NCBI GenBank assembly: GCA_021827715.1
Contig: JAKAUO010000019.1
Location: forward strand, 3,290 to 67,289
Length of the DNA stretch: 64,000 nt
Direction of reading: 5' to 3'
Source of the DNA: a bacterium
GTDB taxonomy: Bacteria; Babelota; Babeliae; Babelales; Babelaceae
Each line of letters opens with the position of its first letter. Position 1 is the stretch's first letter. Below are positions 18,902 through 28,813 of this stretch, in pieces. The translations under genes and the position numbers were made by a program. Below the pieces are notes generated by a model. The model was not told where the DNA came from. It worked only from the letters and a program-made list of their open reading frames with translations, and made no database searches.

Positions 18902-18932
18902 TAATATTTTCAAAAAAACTACAGTTAGTATA

Positions 18933-20333
18933 CTATATCCATAGTTTTTGTATACCAAGAGTTGAGGTATAGAATTCAAAGATGGCACGAAGTAATAAAA
19001 GACCCGTCAAAAGCGTCGCAATAATACCAATAATCATAGTCACTGCGAACCCTTGAATAGGCCCCGCTCCAAGGTAATACAGAACAATTGCTACTAAAAA
19101 GTGAGTGATATTAGCATCTAAGATAACCACCAAAGCACCAGAAAACCCTTCATCTACAGCCTTTTTAAGAGATGCTCCCGATGTTAACACTTCTTTTATC
19201 CGCTCATAAATTAAAATTGAAGCATCAATAGCCATACCGATACTTAAAACTATACCGGCAATCCCCGGAAGTGTAAGCGCTGCTTGAAACCAGGAAAGAG
19301 CAAAAAGAATTAATAGAAGATTGTAGAGCAACACGATAAAGGCAAAAAGACCTGCAACTTTGTAAAATAAAATACTGAATAAAAAGAGAAGACTCAAGCC
19401 AATTAAACACGAAATAAGCCCTTGATGTACAGCGGTTTCACCTAATGACGGCCCGATATGGCGCTCTTCTATAACTTCTACCGGGGCAGTGAAAGCTCCA
19501 GAGCGAAGCATAAGAGCGATATCTTTTGCTTCCTGCATATCAAAATCACCTTCTATTTGCCCAGAGCCATTAATAGCTGAATTAACTTTAGGAGCAGAGA
19601 TAACCTCGCCATCAATAATTAATGCAATTCTTTTTCCGATGTTATTTTTTGTTAATTGGTAGAACTGAGAAACCCCATCACCCTTAAATTCAAAAGCGAT
19701 GACCGGTGACATAGTAAGATTTTTAGAATCGCCCAAACGCGCTTGTGCCGTTTTAAGCAATTTACCGGTAAGTTCAGTAAATTTAGGAACGATATGGTAC
19801 ATGGTCGAAGAGTTACTACCATGGCCACGCACTTCTTTAACAATTATTTTGTTATCTGGCAATACACCATTATATTTTTTCAACAACTCTTCTTGCGAAT
19901 CTCCTGAAGCCTCCACGAGCTTTACTTCGAGCAATGCAGACTTACCGATCATAGCTTTTGCTTGTTCAGGGTTGTGCACATTAGGAAGCTCAATCAAAAT
20001 ATTTTTGTCGCCATAGGCAGCAATAGTTACTTCACCCACACCAGATTTATCTAAACGGGAACGCAATACCTCAATATTATCATGAACAGCATTTCTAATG
20101 ACTTCCTGGGATTCTCGTTCGGTTAATGGCTTGCCTGATGGCCCGCGAAGAGAACGTTCATGCTCTAAAAGCAAATCAGTTTTTACTTCAAGAGTTATAT
20201 AGGTACCACCGACAAGATCGATACCAAAATTTAAATTTTTACGCAGATCCATCAAAAAATAGACACCAAAGAGTGTAATGATCAACCAGACACTTAATTG
20301 GGAAAATACGATACGCTTTAAAGAAATTGTCAT
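18933..20333 (-). CDS. secD: protein-export membrane protein SecD
   Basis: N-terminal TM, FGIDLVGGTYITLEV, a large periplasmic domain and a 6-TM C-terminus. No secF adjacent. Confidence 0.85.
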   Translation of the reverse strand: MTISLKRIVFSQLSVWLIITLFGVYFLMDLRKNLNFGIDLVGGTYITLEVKTDLLLEHERSLRGPSGKPLTERESQEVIRNAVHDNIEVLRSRLDKSGVGEVTIAAYGDKNILIELPNVHNPEQAKAMIGKSALLEVKLVEASGDSQEELLKKYNGVLPDNKIIVKEVRGHGSNSSTMYHIVPKFTELTGKLLKTAQARLGDSKNLTMSPVIAFEFKGDGVSQFYQLTKNNIGKRIALIIDGEVISAPKVNSAINGSGQIEGDFDMQEAKDIALMLRSGAFTAPVEVIEERHIGPSLGETAVHQGLISCLIGLSLLFLFSILFYKVAGLFAFIVLLYNLLLILFALSWFQAALTLPGIAGIVLSIGMAIDASILIYERIKEVLTSGASLKKAVDEGFSGALVVILDANITHFLVAIVLYYLGAGPIQGFAVTMIIGIIATLLTGLLLLRAIFEFYTSTLGIQKLWI

Positions 20334-20396
20334 ACTCAGAACCCTTTTATAAAATACTTACATAAGAAGATTGGCTCAAGCTAAATGTCGTAGACT

Positions 20397-20447
20397 GGCC
20401 GTGCCGGACATAGCTTGCCGAGACTGAAGCCCCGGATAAGCGAAGCC
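20397..20447 (-). repeat. GC-rich structured trailer abutting the CCA end of tRNA-Leu (family 1)
   Basis: Paralogous to 18774-18824. Contains a GCGAAGC mini-hairpin motif. Confidence 0.6.
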
Positions 20448-20535
20448 TGGTGCGGAAGAGAGGACTCGAACCTCCACGGGATTTCTCCCACAGCCACCTC
20501 AAGGCTGCGTGTATGCCATTTCACCACTTCCGCGC
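20448..20535 (-). tRNA. tRNA-Leu (anticodon GAG), long variable arm, CCA encoded
   Basis: Reverse complement reads GCGCGGAAGTGGTGAAATGG...CAGCC-TTGAGGT-GGCTG, then the variable arm, then GGTTCGAGTCCTCTCTTCCGCACCA. Confidence 0.85.
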
Positions 20536-20583
20536 TATTCATTATTCTAATCTATCAGATAACAAAAAACACGCAACTTTTAT

Positions 20584-21660
20584 TTACGCAAAAAAGCCTT
20601 TAAACCATGCTATAATTGCTGAAAAAAAATTTTGAATCTTAAGCAATATTCCGCTAAAAAAACCGGGAGCTTCTGCCTCTTTCTTTTCAGGAGTTTCAAC
20701 ATAAGAAGCCCTTTCTTCTTTGACTTTTAAAAGATCAACGCCTCGCTCTTTAAGCGCAGTAAGTTGTTGCTGGATCAATGCCATTGATTTAGTAATATTA
20801 TCTGACAACTCATCAAAATAATGGGAAAAATCACCCTTAATATAGTCGGCAATGCCGATAATATTTTCCCGAGAAGCAATAATTTCAGTATATAATTGCT
20901 CAGCCACCTGGTCACTCAATACTTGAGCAATTTTTTCATAATTATCAAAGGCTTTCTGCTCAAAATTATGGCTGATCGTGATCTGCTGCATTAAGACATT
21001 CATCGCTTGATCAATGGCTTTATACAATTCGGTAAGAGCATCAAAATCTTTTTTAAGTTGTACCAAGGCTTCTTTAGTTTCTTGAGCCTGAGCCAATTGC
21101 ACGCGATCTTGTTGCGTGAGTTGGCCCTCAGGCTTTTGCAAGGTTTCAAGCCGTTCAATTTCTTCAAACAACGTTTGATAAATGCCATTAATAGCACCAC
21201 CTAATGCTTGGGAAAACTCTTCAAACTTATTAGTAAGAACATTTTTTTTGGTTATAAAAGTATTCTCAAACTGCTCAACCAATGCCTCTTTCTGACGCAC
21301 CTCTTGATACACGTCATGAGCATGCTTTAATGTTTGTTGTTTTTTATACCAGTTACCCCGTGCATATTCTGGTGATTCAAACATGTCTGTGTCGTTAGAA
21401 TCAATTTCTTCATCGTCTTCATTTTCATCAGTATCAACGGTATCATCAGAAGAGTCATCGGAATCAAGATCAATTGGCGCAACGTGTTCTGGCACGACCG
21501 CAGGAGATTCAGTAATCTCTGAACCCTCAACAGGAGTTTGCGCTTCCGACTCTTGCGTAGAACTTTCTGATTCTAAGGGAACGTCCTCAGCCACGACCGT
21601 CTGCTGAGTATAAGAAATTATAGGAAATACTAATCCAATATAAAGTAATTTTTTATCCAT
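20584..21660 (-). CDS. secreted acidic coiled-coil protein with a C-terminal amphipathic/hydrophobic tail
   Basis: Start set at MDKKLLYIG (GGAGCA RBS upstream). Signal peptide, D/E-rich tract (DLDSDDSSDDTVDTDENEDDEEID), then long heptad-like regions. Confidence 0.5.
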   Translation of the reverse strand: MDKKLLYIGLVFPIISYTQQTVVAEDVPLESESSTQESEAQTPVEGSEITESPAVVPEHVAPIDLDSDDSSDDTVDTDENEDDEEIDSNDTDMFESPEYARGNWYKKQQTLKHAHDVYQEVRQKEALVEQFENTFITKKNVLTNKFEEFSQALGGAINGIYQTLFEEIERLETLQKPEGQLTQQDRVQLAQAQETKEALVQLKKDFDALTELYKAIDQAMNVLMQQITISHNFEQKAFDNYEKIAQVLSDQVAEQLYTEIIASRENIIGIADYIKGDFSHYFDELSDNITKSMALIQQQLTALKERGVDLLKVKEERASYVETPEKKEAEAPGFFSGILLKIQNFFSAIIAWFKGFFA

Positions 21661-21670
21661 CCGGTGCTCC

Positions 21671-22132
21671 TTATAGCGTACGAGCAAGCTCTTTAAGCTC
21701 ATCCATTAACGCAACTGATAATTCTTCTGCTTCTGGTGAAGTATAACTCCAACGAACACCAGAATCAACTCGCGTAATAATAGAACGATCACATTTAATA
21801 TCAATGATATCAATACGAACAACGTTCATAAGCGGATGCACCAAAGAAGGAGCGCGAACTACACCAGCCCGACCCAATACACTGTAGGCTACATTGCCTT
21901 CATCAAGAAAGTTCAACATAACTTTTTTCTGCCATACCATATTATGGTAACCCAAATGATCCTTATTAATAGTAAGGAGAATACTTTCAAGTCCTTTTGG
22001 ATAAATTGATTGTATCGGTGTTGTATGAGGAAGACCCTTTTCAGAAAAAGTTGCTAAAATCGCAACCGTTTTTTCTTGCTTGAGAACCTTTACTAAATCT
22101 TCTGGCAATTTAATGCCTACATTTTTTGCCAT
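21671..22132 (-). CDS. pyridoxamine-5'-phosphate-oxidase-like (FMN-binding split-barrel) protein
   Basis: N-terminal pattern LKQEKTVAILATFSEKGLPHTTPI resembles PNPOx-like proteins. 153 aa. Confidence 0.45.
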   Translation of the reverse strand: MAKNVGIKLPEDLVKVLKQEKTVAILATFSEKGLPHTTPIQSIYPKGLESILLTINKDHLGYHNMVWQKKVMLNFLDEGNVAYSVLGRAGVVRAPSLVHPLMNVVRIDIIDIKCDRSIITRVDSGVRWSYTSPEAEELSVALMDELKELARTL

Positions 22133-22190
22133 TTAAGTATCCTCTCATATAAGTAGTGCACGGTTGCACCATGGTTTATTTATTATTTTT

Positions 22191-23357
22191 CTAGTGCAAT
22201 AATGCAACAACAATTTCATTTTCAACGGCTCGACCTAACGTAGTAAGCCAAAAATGGGTCTGATTATTATCCACATACCCCAATTGGATAAACTCCCCAA
22301 TTTTTGCTTCAAAACGTTCTCTTTCTTGTTCCGATAATCTATTTCGAACCAACTGCCAAGAAAGACCCTTTTTTTGCCGTAACCCCAACATAAGTTGCTC
22401 GAGCCAAACCTGACTTTCTGTTAAGGTTTCTGACACTATAGAAAGTTTTTCAAGTTCTTGCATAGAGTTTGCAGCTTCAACAACCGTTAAATAATTCATC
22501 AAATTCTTTTCGCTCTGAAAACGTGATGCTCCATCAAAAGAACATGCGCCCATTCCAAACCCTTTATACGGCAAACGCTTCCAATAAACACTATTGTGTC
22601 TCGATTCAAACCCAATTTTTGCAAAATTTGAAACTTCATACTGCAAAAAACCATGCTCCTCTAATGTTTTTGCCGTCCATTCATAAAGAGCCACCATGGC
22701 ATCATCGGTGGGTAAAGCGATCTTTTTTCGCGCCACTCCATAATAGAGGGGCGTATCCTCATGCACCGTTAAAAAATAAACAGAAAGATGCTTAATGGGC
22801 CACGTCATCGCTTTTTGAATAAGCTCATACCATTCTTGCTGACTAATGCCGGGCAACCCCAAAATTAAATCAATAGAAAGTACTTCAAACTCAGAAGCTG
22901 CCATATCGAGCAAGTGTAAAACATCATCAGCTTTTTGATGTCGATTTAAAGATGTCAAAACCTGGTTATTTAAACTTTGTACGCCTATGCTCAATCGAGT
23001 GATCCCTAACTTTTTCCAAGCAGAAATCTTTTCTTGTGTCACGGTTCCGGGATTAACCTCTAAACTAATTTCAGGGGCACCAGCAAATTCAAAGGTATTA
23101 TTAAGTATACCAAACATGTCAAGTAGCAGTTCCGGTGGATACGTGCTGGGTGTCCCTCCGCCGAAGAAAATTGTCTCAATAGGCCGTTTAAATGCATAAT
23201 CACCATACAGTTTAATTTCTTTTATAAGAGCTTCATGATATCGTTCCATAAAATGATCATGACTTGCAAGCGCAACAAAAGGACAAAAATGGCATTTATA
23301 GGGGCAAAATGGCCAATGAATATACAGGGATGCAACGTCACATGATGAATTAAACAA
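22191..23357 (-). CDS. hemW: radical SAM heme chaperone HemW (HemN-like)
   Basis: LYIHWPFCPYKCHFCPF (CxxxCxxC), GGGTPS, and an HemN C-terminal-like domain. 388 aa. Confidence 0.85.
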   Translation of the reverse strand: MFNSSCDVASLYIHWPFCPYKCHFCPFVALASHDHFMERYHEALIKEIKLYGDYAFKRPIETIFFGGGTPSTYPPELLLDMFGILNNTFEFAGAPEISLEVNPGTVTQEKISAWKKLGITRLSIGVQSLNNQVLTSLNRHQKADDVLHLLDMAASEFEVLSIDLILGLPGISQQEWYELIQKAMTWPIKHLSVYFLTVHEDTPLYYGVARKKIALPTDDAMVALYEWTAKTLEEHGFLQYEVSNFAKIGFESRHNSVYWKRLPYKGFGMGACSFDGASRFQSEKNLMNYLTVVEAANSMQELEKLSIVSETLTESQVWLEQLMLGLRQKKGLSWQLVRNRLSEQERERFEAKIGEFIQLGYVDNNQTHFWLTTLGRAVENEIVVALLH

Positions 23358-23373
23358 AACAAACCTTTAGCGA

Positions 23374-24612
23374 TTAAAATTGTATTGAAATATTTTTTAA
23401 GCTCTCGGGCCATACTATAGATCCATCAGCCTGCTGATAGGTTTCCATAAGCGCTACCATCAGTCGCGGTACGGCTAAAGAAGAAGTATTAAGGGTATAA
23501 GCATACTGAGCTTTATCCTGCGCGTGCCGCTTGAATCGGATACCGGTTCTTCGCGCTTGAAAATCAGTACAATTACTTGAAGAAGATACCTCATAGTAAG
23601 CTTTTTGACCGGGCATCCACACCTCAATATCATACGTTTTAGATGATGCAAAGGAACAATCCTGCGCCGCAAGCAGACTTACACGGTAATGCAAACCTAA
23701 GCTTTTCAAAATAGATTCTGCACAAGCAACCATACGTTCATGTTCTTCCTGAGCCGATTCGGGAGTACACACCGTATAAAGTTCCACCTTTTCAAATTGA
23801 TGTATACGAATAAGACCACGTTCATGAGCACCGTGCGTACCAGCTTCACGCCTAAAACAACTGGTCCATGCTGTGGAACGCTCTGGTAGTTGATCAATGG
23901 TTAAGATAGTATCACGATACAGGTTAGTAATATTTACTTCTGCCGTGGGGGTTAAGTAGAGCTTATCTTCAGGAACTGCATATACGCTGTCTTTGAAAAT
24001 AGGAAAATTACTTGCATTAATAAGGGACTGTTCATTGACCAAATAAGGCGGTAGTACTGGGTTAAACCCATGCTTAACATTATTATTTAACATCATAATA
24101 GTTAAAGAATAGAGCATCCGTACTGCGTCACCTTTATATAAAGCAAAATTAGTACCGGTCATAGTCGCAGCTGCTTCAAAATCGAACCAACCCAATTTTT
24201 TACCCAGTTCAACATGATTTTTAGGCTCAAAAGTAAAATGTGGCTGCTGACCAACTGTTTTAATGACCTTATTAGCCTCTTTATTCCCTTCTGGGATATC
24301 TTCAGCCGGAATATTGGGGCAATGGAGATAGAGGTCTTTAAATTCTGCTTCTATTTTTTCAAAGAAGGGTTCCATCTGCTTAAGTTCAGCGCTTATTTTT
24401 TGCGATTCTTGGCGAATTTCAGGCGTAATTCCCTTTTGCGCCTCTTTTGCCAGTCTATTTTTTTCAGCGCGAAGTTGTTCAATTTCACGTTGAGCAACGG
24501 AAACTTGCTTTTCTAGGCTTATAAAACGATCAATAGGAAAACTTGGGCTTTTACGAAGTATGAGTCTCTTGAAATCTTCGGGGTGCTCACGCACAAAAAT
24601 CAAATTAATCAT
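23374..24612 (-). CDS. serS: seryl-tRNA synthetase
   Basis: N-terminal coiled-coil arm. Class II motifs LTPTAEV, FRREAG, HQFEKVE. Confidence 0.92.
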   Translation of the reverse strand: MINLIFVREHPEDFKRLILRKSPSFPIDRFISLEKQVSVAQREIEQLRAEKNRLAKEAQKGITPEIRQESQKISAELKQMEPFFEKIEAEFKDLYLHCPNIPAEDIPEGNKEANKVIKTVGQQPHFTFEPKNHVELGKKLGWFDFEAAATMTGTNFALYKGDAVRMLYSLTIMMLNNNVKHGFNPVLPPYLVNEQSLINASNFPIFKDSVYAVPEDKLYLTPTAEVNITNLYRDTILTIDQLPERSTAWTSCFRREAGTHGAHERGLIRIHQFEKVELYTVCTPESAQEEHERMVACAESILKSLGLHYRVSLLAAQDCSFASSKTYDIEVWMPGQKAYYEVSSSSNCTDFQARRTGIRFKRHAQDKAQYAYTLNTSSLAVPRLMVALMETYQQADGSIVWPESLKNISIQF

Positions 24613-24677
24613 ATAATTCTCTCATTTCTTTAAAGATATTTTAAACAGGATACTTCAAAAAATAAAAGTTAGCAAAG

Positions 24678-24704
24678 AAAAAGCCGCTTTTTAAGCGGCT
24701 TTTT
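24678..24704 (-). terminator. rho-independent terminator downstream of the HU gene (bidirectional shape)
   Basis: AAAAAGCCGC-loop-GCGGCTTTTT. Perfect stem flanked by an A-run and a T-run. Confidence 0.7.
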
Positions 24705-24741
24705 GAAAGGGTAAAAGCTTGTTATTTAAAGTAACAGTTAC

Positions 24742-25020
24742 TTAAACTTGACGTACAGCTTCTTTAAAATTTTTACCTGCTTTAAATTTAGGAACATTCG
24801 TTTGTGGAAGACGAATTTTTTCTTTAGTTGCAGGGTTAATTCCATTACGTTCTGGACGTTGTGCTAAAGAAAATGTTCCAAAGCCTGACCATTGTAATTT
24901 ATTACCTTTTTTTAACGTACGCATAACGATACGTGTAAGTGCATCAAGTACACGGGTAATATCTTTTTTACTGAATGTTGTTTCTTCGCTTAGCGAATCT
25001 ATTAACTCAGTCTTATTCAT
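24742..25020 (-). CDS. hup: HU/IHF-family DNA-binding protein
   Basis: MNKTELIDSL...GFGTFSLAQRPERNGINPATKEKIRLP...KFKAGK. AAGGAG RBS. Confidence 0.9.
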   Translation of the reverse strand: MNKTELIDSLSEETTFSKKDITRVLDALTRIVMRTLKKGNKLQWSGFGTFSLAQRPERNGINPATKEKIRLPQTNVPKFKAGKNFKEAVRQV

Positions 25021-25080
25021 AAGACGCTCCTTGAGATATAGGTTTGTTTGTTTGTACCACTGTTTATAATCATCAAAACT

Positions 25081-25111
25081 TACTTATCATTTGACTCCCT
25101 TATGATAAGTA
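25081..25111. promoter_or_regulatory. 10-bp perfect inverted repeat in the HU/tatD divergent intergenic region
   Basis: tacttatcat (25081-25090) and atgataagta (25102-25111), separated by 11 nt. Lies 60-90 nt upstream of the HU start. Confidence 0.3.
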
Positions 25112-25199
25112 GCTTATTATGATCACTAAAATATACTAATTTTATTTAATACTTTGTCAATAAAAAAATAAAAAAAAATTGTAACATAAAGAGAAATAT

Positions 25200-26027
25200 A
25201 TGCTTTCATCTCATGCAAATTACCAACTTGTCGATACTCATTGCCACATTTTACATATGATCAATAAATCGACTCAAGGAGCATTTTCGTCAGAAGAAAT
25301 TCAGGAGATCAGAAAAATATTATATCAAGCAGAACTTAAAAGTGTTACCTCAATTTTTGAAATTGGAACTACAAAAATAGAGAGCATGTTAAGTGTTGAA
25401 CTTGCAAAAATTTTCCCAACTATTTTTTCTGTTATTGGTATTCATCCCCATGAAGCAAAAGAATATCAAAAAGAAGATGTCATTTTTTTAAAAAATCTTT
25501 TACAGCAACATCATGAAAAAATTGTTGGTATTGGGGAATGTGGTCTTGATAAACATTATCCTGATCATCATCTTGCCGCTCAAAAAGATTTGTTTAAAGC
25601 TCAAATCGAATTAGCAATTCAGTATAATAAAGCATTAGTTGTACATACACGCGATGCAGAAGATGAGACATATGAAATTCTTGAACAGTATAAGCACCAA
25701 TTAAAAAGAGTAACTATTCATTGTTATTCCAATTCACTTGCGTTTGCTCAGAAAGTAACCTCTTGGGGATGGTTTTTGGGAATTGGCGGAACAGTAACGT
25801 ATCCCAAAAATAATCTATTACGCGAAATAGTTAAAACCATTGGCCTTAATTCATTAGTTCTTGAAACAGATGCACCATTTTTACCGCCACAAATAATACG
25901 GGGCAAGCAAAATTCACCCGAACAAATTTCAACCATAGCACACTATGTTGCAGAATTATTAGACACTGCCATAGAGACAGTCGCTACTCAAACAACCCAT
26001 AACGCACATCAATTATTTATTCCGTAA
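25200..26027 (+). CDS. tatD: TatD-family metal-dependent hydrolase/DNase
   Basis: VDTHCHI, GECGLD, VHTRDA, ETDAPF motifs. Confidence 0.85.
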   Translation: MLSSHANYQLVDTHCHILHMINKSTQGAFSSEEIQEIRKILYQAELKSVTSIFEIGTTKIESMLSVELAKIFPTIFSVIGIHPHEAKEYQKEDVIFLKNLLQQHHEKIVGIGECGLDKHYPDHHLAAQKDLFKAQIELAIQYNKALVVHTRDAEDETYEILEQYKHQLKRVTIHCYSNSLAFAQKVTSWGWFLGIGGTVTYPKNNLLREIVKTIGLNSLVLETDAPFLPPQIIRGKQNSPEQISTIAHYVAELLDTAIETVATQTTHNAHQLFIP

Positions 26028-26903
26028 AAAAAGTTGTTTATTATGAAGCAACGCAAAAAATGAACCTTTATTTTTATAGGCATCTTCCAAATAATATTGT
26101 GATGCATTACTAAAAAGATCTTTATAGCATAATACGGTTTCTAATGCCTTTTCATCATTATTGCCGGTTTTTTGTTCGCGCCACCAATAACCATTTGGGT
26201 TATAAAAATGCCAATAAAAAGCGTCTTTTAATAAAACAATTTTTCCACCCGTTGCATAAATTTTAAAACCGAAGCGAAACGTATCTGATCCATGATCCTC
26301 TGGATAGCCACCTACACGATCATAGGCAGAACGCCGGAAAAGAAAATTACCGGACATTGCCGGGTCATGGGCCGCAGAAATGCAATGATTCAAATCACAG
26401 ATACGGTTGGGAGCTTCATACCGCATGATCGCCTTGATATCTTTATTTCCTTCAAAAAGGATCATATATTCTACCATGGCTGCATCACACCCTGTGTTAC
26501 CTAGAATTTCTACTAAGCGATTGATCGTATTATGCGACGCGCCGGCTAAGATATTATCGGCATCAAGCCTAAAGAGTAAATCCCCTTCGGCATGCTTTAT
26601 GCAGGTGTTTGCAGCTGCTCCGGCGCCTTTATTATATGCATGCTTTGCAATTTTTAAGTTGGGAAATCTTTTTTTACAATGCCTTAAAACGGCAAGTGTC
26701 TCATCTGTTGAGGCATCATTACAGCAGATAACTTCAAAGGGATAGGCGATAGTTTGGGCATAAATACTTTCAATAGCCTTTTCTACTTTATCGACGCAAT
26801 TATAGCAGGGCATAATAAATGAAATAAAATGATCAGTGGCCTGTATCGCGGCCATTAAGCCTACAAAGACACTGTACAAACAGATTTTTTGATAAAAAAA
26901 CAT
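26013..26903 (-). CDS. family 2 glycosyltransferase with an N-terminal TM
   Basis: ISFIMPCYNCVDKVEKAIESIYAQT...CNDASTDET...RLDADN (DxD-like). Confidence 0.75.
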   Translation of the reverse strand: MFFYQKICLYSVFVGLMAAIQATDHFISFIMPCYNCVDKVEKAIESIYAQTIAYPFEVICCNDASTDETLAVLRHCKKRFPNLKIAKHAYNKGAGAAANTCIKHAEGDLLFRLDADNILAGASHNTINRLVEILGNTGCDAAMVEYMILFEGNKDIKAIMRYEAPNRICDLNHCISAAHDPAMSGNFLFRRSAYDRVGGYPEDHGSDTFRFGFKIYATGGKIVLLKDAFYWHFYNPNGYWWREQKTGNNDEKALETVLCYKDLFSNASQYYLEDAYKNKGSFFALLHNKQLFLRNK

Positions 26904-26925
26904 GGTAAAAACTCCTCTTTTTGTT

Positions 26926-26965
26926 ACGCCCCGCTCGCCCTGAGCGTAGTCGAATGGGTACGAGC
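26926..26965. repeat. isolated GC-rich hairpin element
   Basis: GCTCG-CCC ... GGG-TA-CGAGC arms around ctgagcgtagtcgaat. Sharp GC island in an AT-rich spacer. Confidence 0.45.
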
Positions 26966-27038
26966 AATCATGGGTCCAGTATAGTAAAAAACAAAAATTG
27001 AGCTAGGTGCCCTTTTGATAAGCGTATTCATAGCACTA

Positions 27039-27066
27039 TTGACAAAATTTATATATAATTTATATT
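27039..27066 (+). promoter_or_regulatory. sigma70-like promoter for the tandem paralog genes
   Basis: TTGACA (27039-27044), 16-nt spacer, TATATT (27061-27066). About 50 nt upstream of ATG 27115. Confidence 0.4.
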
Positions 27067-27114
27067 AGAAATAATACCAAAATAAATAAAATAGAGTAAT
27101 ATAGGGTTATTTTC

Positions 27115-28803
27115 ATGAAAATAGTACAAAAATGCATATATAGCATTCTCTTTGCGTCATTCTTTGCGGCATCGGCTGATCAAGCAATTCCCCAAAAGCA
27201 TTCCCTTCTTGAGTCGGATTTGGTGATTCAGATTAAAGCTAGTTTCAGTCAATATGATATTCAGCAATGCATGGAAGATATTACCGGACGATACCTGTCT
27301 AACAGCCTTACCATCGACCAATATTTTTCATATGTTGAATACCTATTGGACCATAAAAAAGATTTATTTGTGCCCACTTGCCAAGGCTGGATCTATTTTC
27401 TTCTTAAAGAATTTTATACTGAAAAACAAACGCCTGCTTTATTTACCCAATTATGCAAAAAATATCCTGAATTCCTTGATGCATTTATTAATTTTGCAAT
27501 GAACCAGTTTCCTTTTAGAACTCGCTATACATTGGAAGGAAAAGGTGATCTCTATTTGATGCACATTATACTCGAGCACAAAGATCTGTGTGATTTATTT
27601 TTTTCCAGATTAGGACAAAATACAACCCTTCAAAAAATATATCTTACCCCTTCAATTATTAATGAGTTTTCATCAAAAAAATATTCTCTCGAGCACTTTT
27701 TTGAATCGGCAAAAAAAGAGCTTTTAAAGCCAATTTTACATCTTATTCAAGAACAGAAACGGCTCAAAGAAGAATTCAAAAAAATTGTAAAAAATCATGC
27801 AGAATCAGTTTCTTCATACCATATCAGCAAAGTAGAAAAATATACACGACAAAAGATAAAACAATCTGCTTGCTTTAATCAATTTATAAAAGCGTTACAT
27901 AAAGAAAAAGAACTTACCAAACAAGGATACATCTGTTTTTACCACGGACAAATGCGCGACTACGCTGTGATGTCAGATCTTGGAAATATTCTTTTTAACG
28001 AATTAGTGCAAAAACAAGCACAATCAGATTTTTATTTCATGCAATTTAGAAAAAATGATTTTGACCATGTCAAACAGTCAATAACAGGGCAGAAAAAATT
28101 GCCCGCGATTATCACAGAAATAAAAAATGAACATGCTTCGATGCTTTTTGGAAGAGATTATTATAATGAACGCTACAGACACCCATGGCGACTATCATTA
28201 AATATCTTTGCCTTTGGTAATTGTAATAACTGGGGAAGTAATACTTTCAATTTTGTTGAGACAAATAGCAACATTAATGAAAGTAAAAATATTTTCAAGC
28301 TTACCTGTGATAATTTTAATATTCCAGAGACTATATCTTTAAAATATGAAACAAGAATGCGGGATCTCATTCAAAAGTATACTAATTTATATAGCACCGG
28401 CAGGCTTATTCTCTTTGCTTTCCCTGCAGCAAAGGTCGATACCTATGCCTATATAGCCGAAGTTGGCGCATATCGCTATAAGCCTTACTTAGACAATAGG
28501 TACATAGAGAGCGTCACCGATTTATTGACTGTCGTGCAAAAACAGAATATTCCGTTTTATGACTTAGATTCGCTAGAGTTTGCAACACCGCTTACTCCCG
28601 CAGGAGCCCTCAATCCTTACAGAGGTATCAAGCTCTTTGTCTTTGAAAATGAACAATGCGATAAACAACGTGAACAGCAACTCCATGCAGAACGTCAAAC
28701 GCTGATCAATGATCTCATTGCAGACCTTAAACAGCAGAATCTCTTAAGTGAGTGTCAATGGATAGCCAAAGAATTTGATAAGTTATTGAAGATGTGTGCA
28801 TAG
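27115..28803 (+). CDS. secreted protein of unknown function, paralog A (562 aa)
   Basis: Signal peptide. Shares many blocks with the next gene: KPILHLIQEQK, CFYHGQ, FMQFR, PWRLSLNIF..GN, TGRLILFAFP, AYIA, EFDKLL..CA. Confidence 0.7.
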   Translation: MKIVQKCIYSILFASFFAASADQAIPQKHSLLESDLVIQIKASFSQYDIQQCMEDITGRYLSNSLTIDQYFSYVEYLLDHKKDLFVPTCQGWIYFLLKEFYTEKQTPALFTQLCKKYPEFLDAFINFAMNQFPFRTRYTLEGKGDLYLMHIILEHKDLCDLFFSRLGQNTTLQKIYLTPSIINEFSSKKYSLEHFFESAKKELLKPILHLIQEQKRLKEEFKKIVKNHAESVSSYHISKVEKYTRQKIKQSACFNQFIKALHKEKELTKQGYICFYHGQMRDYAVMSDLGNILFNELVQKQAQSDFYFMQFRKNDFDHVKQSITGQKKLPAIITEIKNEHASMLFGRDYYNERYRHPWRLSLNIFAFGNCNNWGSNTFNFVETNSNINESKNIFKLTCDNFNIPETISLKYETRMRDLIQKYTNLYSTGRLILFAFPAAKVDTYAYIAEVGAYRYKPYLDNRYIESVTDLLTVVQKQNIPFYDLDSLEFATPLTPAGALNPYRGIKLFVFENEQCDKQREQQLHAERQTLINDLIADLKQQNLLSECQWIAKEFDKLLKMCA

Positions 28804-28813
28804 AGACTATTTT

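Noticed and set aside
20415-20635. Two overlapping plus-strand ORFs of about 61 aa (20415-20603 and 20450-20635)
   Set aside because: Both run antisense through tRNA-Leu and its trailer, so they are spurious.
22268-22276. Perfect DnaA box TTATCCACA
   Set aside because: It is a single isolated copy inside the hemW coding sequence, 30 kb from dnaA, so it is not an origin signature.
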